Below the pieces are notes generated by a model. It was not told the DNA's origin and did no database searches. It saw nothing but the letters and a program-made list of their open reading frames with translations. Below, one piece after another: positions 27,232 to 36,793 of a stretch of DNA of 64,000 nucleotides (positions are counted from its first letter, which is position 1; each line of letters opens with the position of its first letter). The position numbers and the translations under genes are program-made. Origin of the DNA: Nautiliales bacterium (GTDB taxonomy: Bacteria > Campylobacterota > Campylobacteria > Campylobacterales > JAADDX01); the NCBI GenBank assembly GCA_030826765.1, contig JAUUDM010000033.1, forward strand, positions 6,254-70,253, in the 5' to 3' direction.

Positions 27232-28017
27232 CTAATTATCGAATTTTATCACAAATCCTCTTGTGTTACCACTTAAATCCTTATAAAAATAATAATTTTC
27301 TACATTTAAACTTTTAAAAAAGTCACACATTAACTTTTTTTGATTATATCCAAATTCACAAATAAGCAGTTTAACTTCTCTTTTCATTCCCTCTTTTACT
27401 ATTTCTTTTAGCAAAAAAGTTCCATTATCTTTTGCAAAAAGTGCCTCTTCTGGCTCATATTTAAGCGCATCAAATTCCCATTCTTCTTCAACATACGGAG
27501 GATTTGAAATTATTATATCTATTTTTTCATCTACTTCATCAAGCAAGTTAGAAAGTCTAAAATTTACATTTACATTATGAGTTTTTGCATTAATTTTACT
27601 TATTTCGATTGCTTTTGGATTTATATCAGTTGCAATAAATTTAAATTGTGAAAATTTTTTAGCAAGAGTTATTGAGATAATACCACTCCCTACTCCTATT
27701 TCAGCAACTGTCGCTTTTGTAAAAGAGTTAAATTCTTTAATAGCTACATCAATTAATGGTTCTGTATCATCTCTGGGAACTAAAATACCTTCTTCAATAT
27801 AAAATTTTTCTCCATAAAAATAAACTTCATTAAAAATATATTCAAGTGGATACTCTTTTTTTCTAAGTCCAATAATTTTTAAAAATTCTTCTTCATCAAA
27901 TTCATATTCAGGATTTAAATGTAAAAATATATTATCTTTATTTAGAAGTTTAGAGAGAATATACTCTTTTTCGCTTCTGCTTAATTCTTTAATTTTTAAT
28001 GCTTCTTTTATTTTCAA
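27232..28017 (-). CDS. prmC: Release factor glutamine methyltransferase
   Basis: PLEYI, LVPRDDTE, EIGVGSG, NPPY. Confidence 0.93.
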   Translation of the reverse strand: MKIKEALKIKELSRSEKEYILSKLLNKDNIFLHLNPEYEFDEEEFLKIIGLRKKEYPLEYIFNEVYFYGEKFYIEEGILVPRDDTEPLIDVAIKEFNSFTKATVAEIGVGSGIISITLAKKFSQFKFIATDINPKAIEISKINAKTHNVNVNFRLSNLLDEVDEKIDIIISNPPYVEEEWEFDALKYEPEEALFAKDNGTFLLKEIVKEGMKREVKLLICEFGYNQKKLMCDFFKSLNVENYYFYKDLSGNTRGFVIKFDN

Positions 28018-29389
28018 AAAATTCCTTTATAAATTGTTTTTCTTCTTTATTTAGCTTTTTTTTATTATACAATTTTTCTAAAATAGTTTTAATTTTTGGA
28101 TTATCGGCATAAGGTAAAAGTTTATTATATAAATTTGCTGGCAATTTAAACTCTTTTTTGATTTTTATAAAACTTAACAAATATCCAACTATAACACCTA
28201 AAATAAAAATAGATAATAACATAATATAATTAGTTTTATATTTTGTAACGATTTTTGTTTGAACTTGAATTTTAGATTTATTATTATCTATATTATTAAC
28301 AACTACTCTGTTTTTATCTTTTATAACTTCCACAAAAACTGGTTTAGTTGAGATGTTTTTTACTTTCTTTTCTTTTATATCATAATAAGATATTTCAACA
28401 GGTGGAATTGTATAGTTATTATCAGCTAACACAACAAAACTTTTTTCATATTTACTATAAATTTTATTATCTTTAATAATTTGAGTTATTTTTGGTTTAT
28501 TATCATAAATAGTAGCATTTGGTATATCTATTTTTATATCGGATAAATTATTTAAATCTCCATAACCTTCGATAATAAGTTTTCCATTTACTGGTTTATT
28601 TACTTTTACTTTTATTTTATCTAGATCCATAGATATTTTAAAATTACCTATAATTCCATCATAAATTTTTTTTACTTTTATATCTATGTTTTTCGCTAAT
28701 ATTTTATATTTCATTACTTGTGTTACAAATCCAAAACTATCTATTGCAGACTTAGCAAATCCAAGTTTAAGCGCCACGCTAAAATGAATAATTCCTTCAC
28801 TTTTTGGGATTAAAAGATATTTAACTTCAGCAACTTTATAAACTCCATCAAAATAATCACTCTCTTTACCTACTTGTTTTAATGTAAAATCTCCTTTTGG
28901 TAAAATCATTTGAATAGCAGATACTTTTGCATTTGTTTTTTGATAAAATTTAATATCTACTAAACTTGGATAACCTACTATTGCTTCTTTACTTGCATTA
29001 ATTTCAAGTTTAAAATTTTTGTTTAATTTAGAGTCTTTTACTACATTTATTTTTATTGGTTTTGTATGATACTTTTTATTATCTACTTTTACAGTATATG
29101 AAGGAATAATTATTGATTTTAAAGGAGTAAAACTCCAACTTCTTATAAGTTTTTTTTGATAGTTTCCATTAATTATAGAAATGCTTTGAGAATTTGAAAC
29201 TGATTCTATATTAAATCCAGCAATTTTATCTATTTTTGGAAAAGTTATATTATTTCCATCTGCTATGATTGAATAAGTTACACCATCACCTTCAATTACA
29301 TTTTGTTTATCAACTTTTGCGACTACATTCGCAAAAATATTCGTTACTAACAACAAAAGAAATATAAATTTACCATTGATTATTTTCAT
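27989..29389 (-). CDS. BatD family protein
   Basis: Signal peptide, SQSISIING, Ig-like beta repeats, C-terminal TM; last gene of the VWA cluster. Confidence 0.8.
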   Translation of the reverse strand: MKIINGKFIFLLLLVTNIFANVVAKVDKQNVIEGDGVTYSIIADGNNITFPKIDKIAGFNIESVSNSQSISIINGNYQKKLIRSWSFTPLKSIIIPSYTVKVDNKKYHTKPIKINVVKDSKLNKNFKLEINASKEAIVGYPSLVDIKFYQKTNAKVSAIQMILPKGDFTLKQVGKESDYFDGVYKVAEVKYLLIPKSEGIIHFSVALKLGFAKSAIDSFGFVTQVMKYKILAKNIDIKVKKIYDGIIGNFKISMDLDKIKVKVNKPVNGKLIIEGYGDLNNLSDIKIDIPNATIYDNKPKITQIIKDNKIYSKYEKSFVVLADNNYTIPPVEISYYDIKEKKVKNISTKPVFVEVIKDKNRVVVNNIDNNKSKIQVQTKIVTKYKTNYIMLLSIFILGVIVGYLLSFIKIKKEFKLPANLYNKLLPYADNPKIKTILEKLYNKKKLNKEEKQFIKEFFENKRSIKN

Positions 29390-31013
29390 TATTTTTTCCT
29401 TTACTTAATGGATATAATAAGGTTTGAGATTTTATTTTGTTGAAAATCTTTTGATTAGAATTTTTATTAATGCCTATTTTTATTGGTTTTATATTTTGTA
29501 ATTTTCTTTTATTTACTCTTTTTTGAGCTTCTAACTTGTTTTGCTGTTTATTTTTAGTTTCCTGCTGTTGAGATTGATTCTTGTTTTGTTTTTGTTGTTC
29601 TTTTTGTTTATTATTTTGCTTTTTAGAATTATTTTTCTTTTCTTCATTTTTTTGAGATTTATTTTTATTACTTTTATTATTATTTTGTTTCTCTTTATTT
29701 TGTTGTTTTTGATTTTTATTAGAATTTTGTTGTTGTTTATTATTATTTTTATTTTGCTTATGCTGTTTTTTCTTCTCTAAAAGTTCTAAATTATATTTAG
29801 CATCTTTATCATTTGGATTTAATTTAAGTGCATTTTTATATGAATTAATTGCCTCATCAATTTTTCCCATTTTTGCATAACAATTACCTTTGTTATATTC
29901 TACTTTTTCAGCTAATTTTTTATCTTTTATTTGATTATAAACATCCAAAGCTTCTTTATATTTTTTCATTTTATATAGTGAATCTGCTTCATTATATTTA
30001 GCTTCATCATTATTTATTTTTTGATAAAGCTCAGCACTTTTTTGATAATTTCCTTTTTGATAAGCAACTTTTGCCTGATTTAAATAGTGCCAATCAAGTA
30101 TTGATGCATTTGAGTGAACTCCCATAAATAGAACAAAGATAGGAATCATTCTTTTTAAATTTGAAATAGAGAAAAATCCTAAACTAATAAATAAAAGCCC
30201 AAACCACAATGGATAAATAAAAAGTTCTTTATAAACAACTACTTTTTTATTACTTTTTACTTTTTGAAAATTTTGTGAAATTAATTTATTTATATCACTA
30301 TCTCCCGTTTTTGCAACTACTCCAAATTTAGTATATTTCAAAAATCCATCATCTCTTTTTACTATAACTACTTTTCCATTATGCATAAGTAATCTTCCAT
30401 CTTTTAGCTTAATTGGAGCACCCTGTTTCGTCCCAACTAAAAGTGCATAAAGGTTAATTCCTTTGGTGTCTATTTGTTTAACACTTCCTCCATCTGTAAA
30501 AACTACTAAATCTTTATAACCCATTTTTTTAGCTGTATTGATTAGATTTTGTAAATCAGTCCCCGATGAAGTTATATAACTGTTATTTATATTATTTAGT
30601 AAATATTTCAAAGTATCTTTATCTGTCGTATAAGGCGAGATTAGAAATGTGTTATTACTAAAACCTAAAATCGCAATCTCTCCATTAAATTTATCAATAA
30701 ACTGATTCATTTTATGTTTTGCAAACTCTAGTCTATTTGGATAAACATCCTCTGCAAGCATTGAACGAGATATATCCAAAGCCAAAGCCACTTTTTTTAG
30801 ATTCATATTAGTGGGAATCTCTTTTTTATCAGTTACAGGTCTTGCAAGGGCAATTACTAAAAAAATATAACCTATTGCTAAAAACACTTTTTTTAATTTA
30901 TTTGATTCTTTATTAACTATTATTTTTGGATTTATATCTATTTTGGTCTCTTTTCTAAAAAACAGAGGCAAAAACCCAAGCAATAAAAATGCATAAGGAT
31001 ATAAAAAACTCAT
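29370..31013 (-). CDS. VWA plus TPR membrane protein (BatB/BatC-like fusion)
   Basis: LARP, MIDAS DISRS...FTDG, TPR repeats (YN.GN..AKMG..DEAI..Y..AL), Q/N/K-rich tail. Confidence 0.88.
   Translation of the reverse strand: MSFLYPYAFLLLGFLPLFFRKETKIDINPKIIVNKESNKLKKVFLAIGYIFLVIALARPVTDKKEIPTNMNLKKVALALDISRSMLAEDVYPNRLEFAKHKMNQFIDKFNGEIAILGFSNNTFLISPYTTDKDTLKYLLNNINNSYITSSGTDLQNLINTAKKMGYKDLVVFTDGGSVKQIDTKGINLYALLVGTKQGAPIKLKDGRLLMHNGKVVIVKRDDGFLKYTKFGVVAKTGDSDINKLISQNFQKVKSNKKVVVYKELFIYPLWFGLLFISLGFFSISNLKRMIPIFVLFMGVHSNASILDWHYLNQAKVAYQKGNYQKSAELYQKINNDEAKYNEADSLYKMKKYKEALDVYNQIKDKKLAEKVEYNKGNCYAKMGKIDEAINSYKNALKLNPNDKDAKYNLELLEKKKQHKQNKNNNKQQQNSNKNQKQQNKEKQNNNKSNKNKSQKNEEKKNNSKKQNNKQKEQQKQNKNQSQQQETKNKQQNKLEAQKRVNKRKLQNIKPIKIGINKNSNQKIFNKIKSQTLLYPLSKGKNNENNQW
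29520..29775 (-). repeat. Low-complexity Gln/Asn/Lys-rich linker inside the BatB/C-like gene
   Basis: KQNKNNNKQQQNSNKNQKQQNKEKQ...; imperfect short repeats; boundaries approximate. Confidence 0.8.
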
Positions 31014-31861
31014 ACTCTTCTCCTAACATAAACTAAAAGTAAAACAATTGCTAAAAGCAAAGGATAAATATATAAATACTCTTTGTAAATTAATTTATGA
31101 GTTATTTTACTTTTTTCTAAACTATCAATTTTTCGATATATTGGTAAAATATCATTAGGAGTAAGTGCTTGAAAAACTTCCCCACCACTATTTTTAGCTA
31201 AATAACTTAATAAATTAAAATTAACTTCATCAGCCCCACCTACTCCAATAGTGTAAATTTTGATTTTATATTTTTTTATCTCTTTCATTACACTTTCTAA
31301 ATCAACTTTACTTGAATTATCAACACCATCTGTAAGTAAAATGATGATTTTTGTTTTTGCTTTGCTGTTTTTTAAAAGTCTTATACTTTGAACTAAACTA
31401 TCTAAAATAGCTGTTTGCTGTCCAGCGATTCCTACATACATTTTATTTAAAATCTCTCTAACAAACTTTTTATTCTCAGTCAAAGGAGAAGCTATAAAAG
31501 AGTTAGTCCCAAACACTACAAGCCCAATTTTATCTGTTTTTCTTTTTTGTATGAAGTCATTAGCAGCTACTTTTACAAACTCAAATTTATTAAACTGGGC
31601 CATACTTCCACTACTATCAATACTTAAAACTATATCATCACCTTTATTAGTTTGAATTATCTCTTTTTTCATATATGGATTACTCAAAGCCAATAAAATA
31701 GAAGTAAATATAAAAAATTTAAGCCAAAAATCACTATTTAACTTTTTAGTCATAGAAAAGTGTGGAAAATAGATAGCTACCCTTTTTTCTGGGCAAAATT
31801 TATAGCAAATAAAAAATAATATTAAAAGTAAAAATACCCACAAATTTCCGAACTCTAACAA
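31010..31861 (-). CDS. VWA domain membrane protein (BatA-like)
   Basis: MIDAS DSSGS, T.I.D, LTDG; N- and C-terminal TM segments; TTG start. Confidence 0.88.
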   Translation of the reverse strand: MLEFGNLWVFLLLILFFICYKFCPEKRVAIYFPHFSMTKKLNSDFWLKFFIFTSILLALSNPYMKKEIIQTNKGDDIVLSIDSSGSMAQFNKFEFVKVAANDFIQKRKTDKIGLVVFGTNSFIASPLTENKKFVREILNKMYVGIAGQQTAILDSLVQSIRLLKNSKAKTKIIILLTDGVDNSSKVDLESVMKEIKKYKIKIYTIGVGGADEVNFNLLSYLAKNSGGEVFQALTPNDILPIYRKIDSLEKSKITHKLIYKEYLYIYPLLLAIVLLLVYVRRRV

Positions 31862-31881
31862 AACTATCCTTTTTTTACAAG

Positions 31882-31890
31882 ATTATATCA
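31882..31890 (-). promoter_or_regulatory. Extended -10 for the bat-like operon
   Basis: Minus-strand TGATATAAT about 20 bp upstream of the start. Confidence 0.55.
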
Positions 31891-31922
31891 TAGAGAAATG
31901 AATAAAAAATTAAAAATAATTT

Positions 31923-34559
31923 TTAAACTTCTTTCATTTCCATCTTATCAAGATAAAGAATATATCCTTTTGCAGGTCTATTTTTTAGGTTTTCCATTGC
32001 AGTTTTATATCTTTTTATCTGTTTAACATATCCTCTTTCATCTTCTGGAGTATGAGTTTTATAATCCACAATAATAACCTCATCATCTTTTTCAATAAGT
32101 AAATCTATAATACCTTTTTGCTCATCATATAAAAACGGATACTCTTTATAAGTTTTCTCTTCTGTTGGAAGTAATTTTTTACCTTCTATAAAAAGTTCAA
32201 AAGCCTTTTTCGTATCACAAAATTCTCCATATCTGTTTTGAACTGCATCTAAATTTTCACACTCAAAAGCATAATGCGTAGCAAGCCCGAAGTAAATAGC
32301 ATCAAAATCATTTGGTTTATACTCTTTTTCTTCTATCTCTTTATACTCTTGTTTTCCATAATTTCTAAGTTCTAAATCAAATTTATCAACTTTCTTTTTA
32401 TTTTCTTTTTTAGTATCATTTTCAAATTCTCCAATTGTTTGAGGAGTCAAAGAACTTACAAACTTAGATGATTTTGATTTTTTTACAATAAATAGAGAAT
32501 TTTTAGGTCTTGTAAATGCTACATATTCAGCATTTTTACTATCTTCATATTCTAATAATTTCTCTTTTTCTAAAACTTCTTTATATTCATTATCAACAAT
32601 TTCTCTACCTTTGAAATATTTTTTGATATCTTTTAGTTTCACTGAATCATAATCAAATAAAAGTTCATTAGGAGAATTCCTATTTTGTCCTAAAACATCT
32701 AAAACAATAACATTTTCAAATTCTAAGCCTTTTGATTTATGAACTGTTAAAATTTGAATACCTTTAAGCTCTTTTTGAGGCAATTCTTCATCAAAATTAT
32801 CAATATCATAAACAAAATCAATTAAAGTTTTATATTTAAAAGAGTATTCTAAAAGTCTTAAAGTTGATTCATCAATTAATTCATACTTATCCATAATAAA
32901 TTTTATCATTTTAGATGGTTTCATTATCGGCACAACTATATCTTGGGCTGTGTATTTCTTACCAATTAGTGATAAAAAGTTAAGTTTATTTAACAAATTA
33001 TTTTTATTATAAGCATATTTCATTAGATTTATTACCGCACTTGCAAAAGGTTGATTTATAACTTTTGCTCTTGTAGAAGTAAAAGCATCTTTATTAAAAG
33101 TCTCTTTTATAAAATCAGCAACTTTTATAATATCATCATTTTTCCATACTAAAATAGAGATATCTTCATCTCTCACACCTTTATCAAACATAAAACTGAG
33201 AGTTGCTTTTAAATCATCCAAAACACTATCACTTTCTATAACTTCTACATATCCACCTTTTTTATTACTTTTTTGTCTTGGATTTAGTTTAAAAGTATCA
33301 TTTACAAACTCTACTATATTTTCTTTTGAGCGATAATTTGTATCAAGTTCATCTTTTTTCATTCCAAAAGACTTATAATAATTATATACATAATCAAAAA
33401 GCTCTTTTTGTCCACCACGAAATCTATAAATTGACTGCTTTACATCTCCTACATAAAAAAAGCTTTTAAAAGGCTCAACTCCCTCTCCAGCTGCTATTTC
33501 ATCAACTAAAGGCTCAAATATTTGCCATTGAGTAATAGAAGTATCTTGAAATTCATCTATTAAAATATGTTCTATTTTTGAATCAAGTCTAAAATAGATA
33601 AACTCTTTTATATCATTTACAAAACTTTCTTCTCTTAAAAGCTCATACACTAAAATTTCTATATCTTTGAAATCAAATAGATTATTCTCTTTTTTATAAT
33701 TAAATTTAGTTCTTTTATATTTTTCATAAAGATTTAAAAGTCTATCTAAAAATTCAACTTCTCTATTTATAAATTCAACTCTAAAAAATTCTTTTAATTC
33801 CAACAAAACATCATCAAACCAAGATTCATACACTTTTCTAAAATAACTATATTCATTTAGTGAATTTTTTGCAAACCAAGTAGTAGTGGGAATATCTTCA
33901 AACTCAATAGTTACTGCTTTTTTAGCACTATTACTTGCTTTTGATTCTAAAATAAATTCTTTTAATCTATTAAATGCTTTAAAAGCTTTTTCTCTATCAT
34001 TTGAATATTTAGTTTTATTTAATTTAGGGATTTCTTTATCTTTTTCATACAAAAGCTTAAAAATTTCTTCCATCGAACTTTGCATTTTTGTTTCTCTTTT
34101 TGAAAAAATCACTAAATCTTCAAACTCTTTATCACTCAAATTATTTAAAAATTCTTTTAATACAACCTCTTTATCCTCTTTTCCTATTTCAAAATCACTC
34201 TCAACATTTACATACCAACTAAATTTTCTTAAAATTTTATTGATAAAAGCATCAATTGTAGAAATATAAATATCACTTACAAGGAACTTTTGTAAAATTC
34301 TATCTCTCATATCAAGTAAAATCTTTTCATCAATTCCAGTGTTTTTTGATACCATCTCTCTCATAGCATCTTCATTTTCAAGCTCTCTAAGATATTTTAC
34401 AATTCTCTCTTTCATCTCATTTGCAGCTTTATTTGTAAAAGTAACTGCCAAAATATCACTTGGATTTACTCCTTTAAAAAGTAAAGATAAATATCTACCT
34501 GCTAATGAAAAAGTTTTTCCACTTCCCGCACTTGCACTAAGCGACAAAAGTCTTTTCAT
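31923..34559 (-). CDS. addA: Helicase-nuclease AddA (RecB-like)
   Basis: ASAGSGKT, TFTNKAA.EM, DEFQDT, VGDVKQSIY.FRGG, TVHKSKGLE, YVAFTR, nuclease IDLL...DYK. Confidence 0.95.
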   Translation of the reverse strand: MKRLLSLSASAGSGKTFSLAGRYLSLLFKGVNPSDILAVTFTNKAANEMKERIVKYLRELENEDAMREMVSKNTGIDEKILLDMRDRILQKFLVSDIYISTIDAFINKILRKFSWYVNVESDFEIGKEDKEVVLKEFLNNLSDKEFEDLVIFSKRETKMQSSMEEIFKLLYEKDKEIPKLNKTKYSNDREKAFKAFNRLKEFILESKASNSAKKAVTIEFEDIPTTTWFAKNSLNEYSYFRKVYESWFDDVLLELKEFFRVEFINREVEFLDRLLNLYEKYKRTKFNYKKENNLFDFKDIEILVYELLREESFVNDIKEFIYFRLDSKIEHILIDEFQDTSITQWQIFEPLVDEIAAGEGVEPFKSFFYVGDVKQSIYRFRGGQKELFDYVYNYYKSFGMKKDELDTNYRSKENIVEFVNDTFKLNPRQKSNKKGGYVEVIESDSVLDDLKATLSFMFDKGVRDEDISILVWKNDDIIKVADFIKETFNKDAFTSTRAKVINQPFASAVINLMKYAYNKNNLLNKLNFLSLIGKKYTAQDIVVPIMKPSKMIKFIMDKYELIDESTLRLLEYSFKYKTLIDFVYDIDNFDEELPQKELKGIQILTVHKSKGLEFENVIVLDVLGQNRNSPNELLFDYDSVKLKDIKKYFKGREIVDNEYKEVLEKEKLLEYEDSKNAEYVAFTRPKNSLFIVKKSKSSKFVSSLTPQTIGEFENDTKKENKKKVDKFDLELRNYGKQEYKEIEEKEYKPNDFDAIYFGLATHYAFECENLDAVQNRYGEFCDTKKAFELFIEGKKLLPTEEKTYKEYPFLYDEQKGIIDLLIEKDDEVIIVDYKTHTPEDERGYVKQIKRYKTAMENLKNRPAKGYILYLDKMEMKEV

Positions 34560-36793
34560 ACTTCCCCCTTACAAGCAAGTTTATAATCACAATATTTACA
34601 AATATCACTCGCTTTTTTGATAGTTTTATCATTTACAACAATATCCTCAGCTACTCGGATTTGAGTTGGTAAATTTTTTAATATTTCTCTTAGTTCTTCT
34701 ACTCTTGGCTCTACTTCTATAAATTCAGATTTATAAATATCCCAATAAGCAGTTTTTATAGTTTTATCTAGATAATTTTGAAGTGCATAAAGATAATAAA
34801 AAGTTAACTGAAAATCATAAATATAAGTTGTATCCAAACTTTTAGAAGTTTTATAATCAATTAAAGTAATACTTTTTTCATTAATATCAATTCTATCAAT
34901 TCTTGCACCAAGTTCAATTCCCTCAAATATAAAATTTACATTTTTTTCACATTCATTTTTTTGAGAATATTTCATCTCTTCAAAATCTTGCTTACAAAAC
35001 TCTTTTATAGAATCCTCAAAATTTACTCTAATTTCATAAATATCTTTTTTTGAATTCATTTTTTGATAAATTTCATTCATTATAAATTCAAAATACTCAT
35101 CCTCAGAGTTTATTTTATTTTTATTTTCTACTGCTTTTTGCACAGATTCGTGAAAAATAGTTCCAAAATTTTCATTTTGCTCTTCATCATTTTCTATTTT
35201 TAAAATTTTACTAAAATAGTATTTTTTAGGACATTCAAGCAAAGTTTTTAAAGTTGTTGGATAAAGTGGGTTTCTTACTTCAAATTCATCATCATAATAA
35301 GCTATATTTTTAGGAGTTGAAAATTTATATAAAACTTCATTATATTTTTCATCTTGATTTTGACCAAGTTCAAGACCTAACTCATAAATAAATCTACTTG
35401 GAATATCTTTTTCATTTTGAACATAAGAGAGGGCTACTTTTTTTGATTTATTTATTAAATTATAATAGTAATGTTTTTGGAGATTTTCTTTATCACTTCT
35501 TGTAGGAAGTTTCGCTTTTTTTCTAATTGCTGTATTTAAAAACAGATCTTTACTATTTACATTTGGCACAATTCCTTCATTAAAATCAACTAAAATTACA
35601 CCATCAAATTCAATTCCCCTACTTTCCAAAACTCCCATGGTAGTTACTTTTCCACTATAAATATCATCAAAACTAAGCTCTTTTAATCTTTCAAGTATAA
35701 AATGTAAAAATAGCTTCTTATCTTCAAACATCTTCTCAAAAACTTTTAATTTAAACAGAGTTTCATCAATTAATTCAAGCTCTTTATTTGTTGCTAAATC
35801 TCTTATAAACTCAATTAAATTTTCATTTTGATAATTATCTAAAATATCATTTATTTTTAAATAAGAAACCTCATCTTCATTTGTTAAATATGAATAAAGA
35901 GCTTCAAGTTTTATAAATAATTTACTTTCTGTAAAACTTTTTCCCATAGCAAAGTTTAAATTTTTAAATTCATCAAATTCTTCTAAAAATTCAGCAAAAC
36001 TCTCATCTGGTAAAATTACTGCTATTTTATCTGCTTCAATTCCACTCTCTACAAATTCAGCAATTTTTGCAAATACAAAATTAATTTCATCAAATCTTTT
36101 TGAAAAATGTGTTACTTCTATATCACTTTTACTACTAATAACCTCTTTTTCTAAAATCTCATTTGTATTAAACTTAATCTTATATTTATACCCGTCATCT
36201 AAATCTACTAAAAATTTTCTAATTAAACTTCTATTAAATTTAGAAACTTCTACATTTATAATAATATTTTTATTTATTTTATTTAAAATTTCTACATCAA
36301 GTTTAGATAAATATCCATCTAAATGAATCTCTATTTCTTCAATTCCTTCAAGTAATTTTTCATTTATTTCATACTCTTCAATTAAAAAGTCATCCGTGTA
36401 ACCTTCTTTAAATAAAAGTTTAGAATAATTATTTTTTATCTCTTTTAGTAAATTCAAATGCTCTTCATACTCGATATAAGTATCACTCATAATAACATCA
36501 TCAATATCAACTCTTTCAAGAAATAACTCTTTAAAAAAACTAAATATAAACTCACTATCATTTGCAAAACTTAAAAACTCTTTTTTAAATCCAAGTTTTG
36601 AAATATCTAATTCTTGTATAGCTTTAAAAAGATATATTTTTCTAATATCTTTATCTATAAATTTTTTATCTTTAACTACAATAATATTATTTAAAAACTC
36701 ACCAATTGTTTGATGCTTATCTAAAATAGTATTATTTTTATCCTGTAGCCAATTTCTAATTTGCCTCTCTGTCGAAAAAAGTTTTAATTTCAT
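34556..36793 (-). CDS. addB: AddB-like PD-(D/E)xK nuclease subunit
   Basis: LESRG, GTIFH, RIDRID...IDYKT, Fe-S staple Cys (ECP ... CKYCDYKLAC); ATGA-coupled to addA. Confidence 0.9.
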   Translation of the reverse strand: MKLKLFSTERQIRNWLQDKNNTILDKHQTIGEFLNNIIVVKDKKFIDKDIRKIYLFKAIQELDISKLGFKKEFLSFANDSEFIFSFFKELFLERVDIDDVIMSDTYIEYEEHLNLLKEIKNNYSKLLFKEGYTDDFLIEEYEINEKLLEGIEEIEIHLDGYLSKLDVEILNKINKNIIINVEVSKFNRSLIRKFLVDLDDGYKYKIKFNTNEILEKEVISSKSDIEVTHFSKRFDEINFVFAKIAEFVESGIEADKIAVILPDESFAEFLEEFDEFKNLNFAMGKSFTESKLFIKLEALYSYLTNEDEVSYLKINDILDNYQNENLIEFIRDLATNKELELIDETLFKLKVFEKMFEDKKLFLHFILERLKELSFDDIYSGKVTTMGVLESRGIEFDGVILVDFNEGIVPNVNSKDLFLNTAIRKKAKLPTRSDKENLQKHYYYNLINKSKKVALSYVQNEKDIPSRFIYELGLELGQNQDEKYNEVLYKFSTPKNIAYYDDEFEVRNPLYPTTLKTLLECPKKYYFSKILKIENDEEQNENFGTIFHESVQKAVENKNKINSEDEYFEFIMNEIYQKMNSKKDIYEIRVNFEDSIKEFCKQDFEEMKYSQKNECEKNVNFIFEGIELGARIDRIDINEKSITLIDYKTSKSLDTTYIYDFQLTFYYLYALQNYLDKTIKTAYWDIYKSEFIEVEPRVEELREILKNLPTQIRVAEDIVVNDKTIKKASDICKYCDYKLACKGEV

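Noticed and set aside
29541-29780. Highly hydrophobic 79-aa ORF (MLFIFSFLLL...)
   Set aside because: It is the reverse complement of the Q/N/K low-complexity linker of the BatB/C-like gene.
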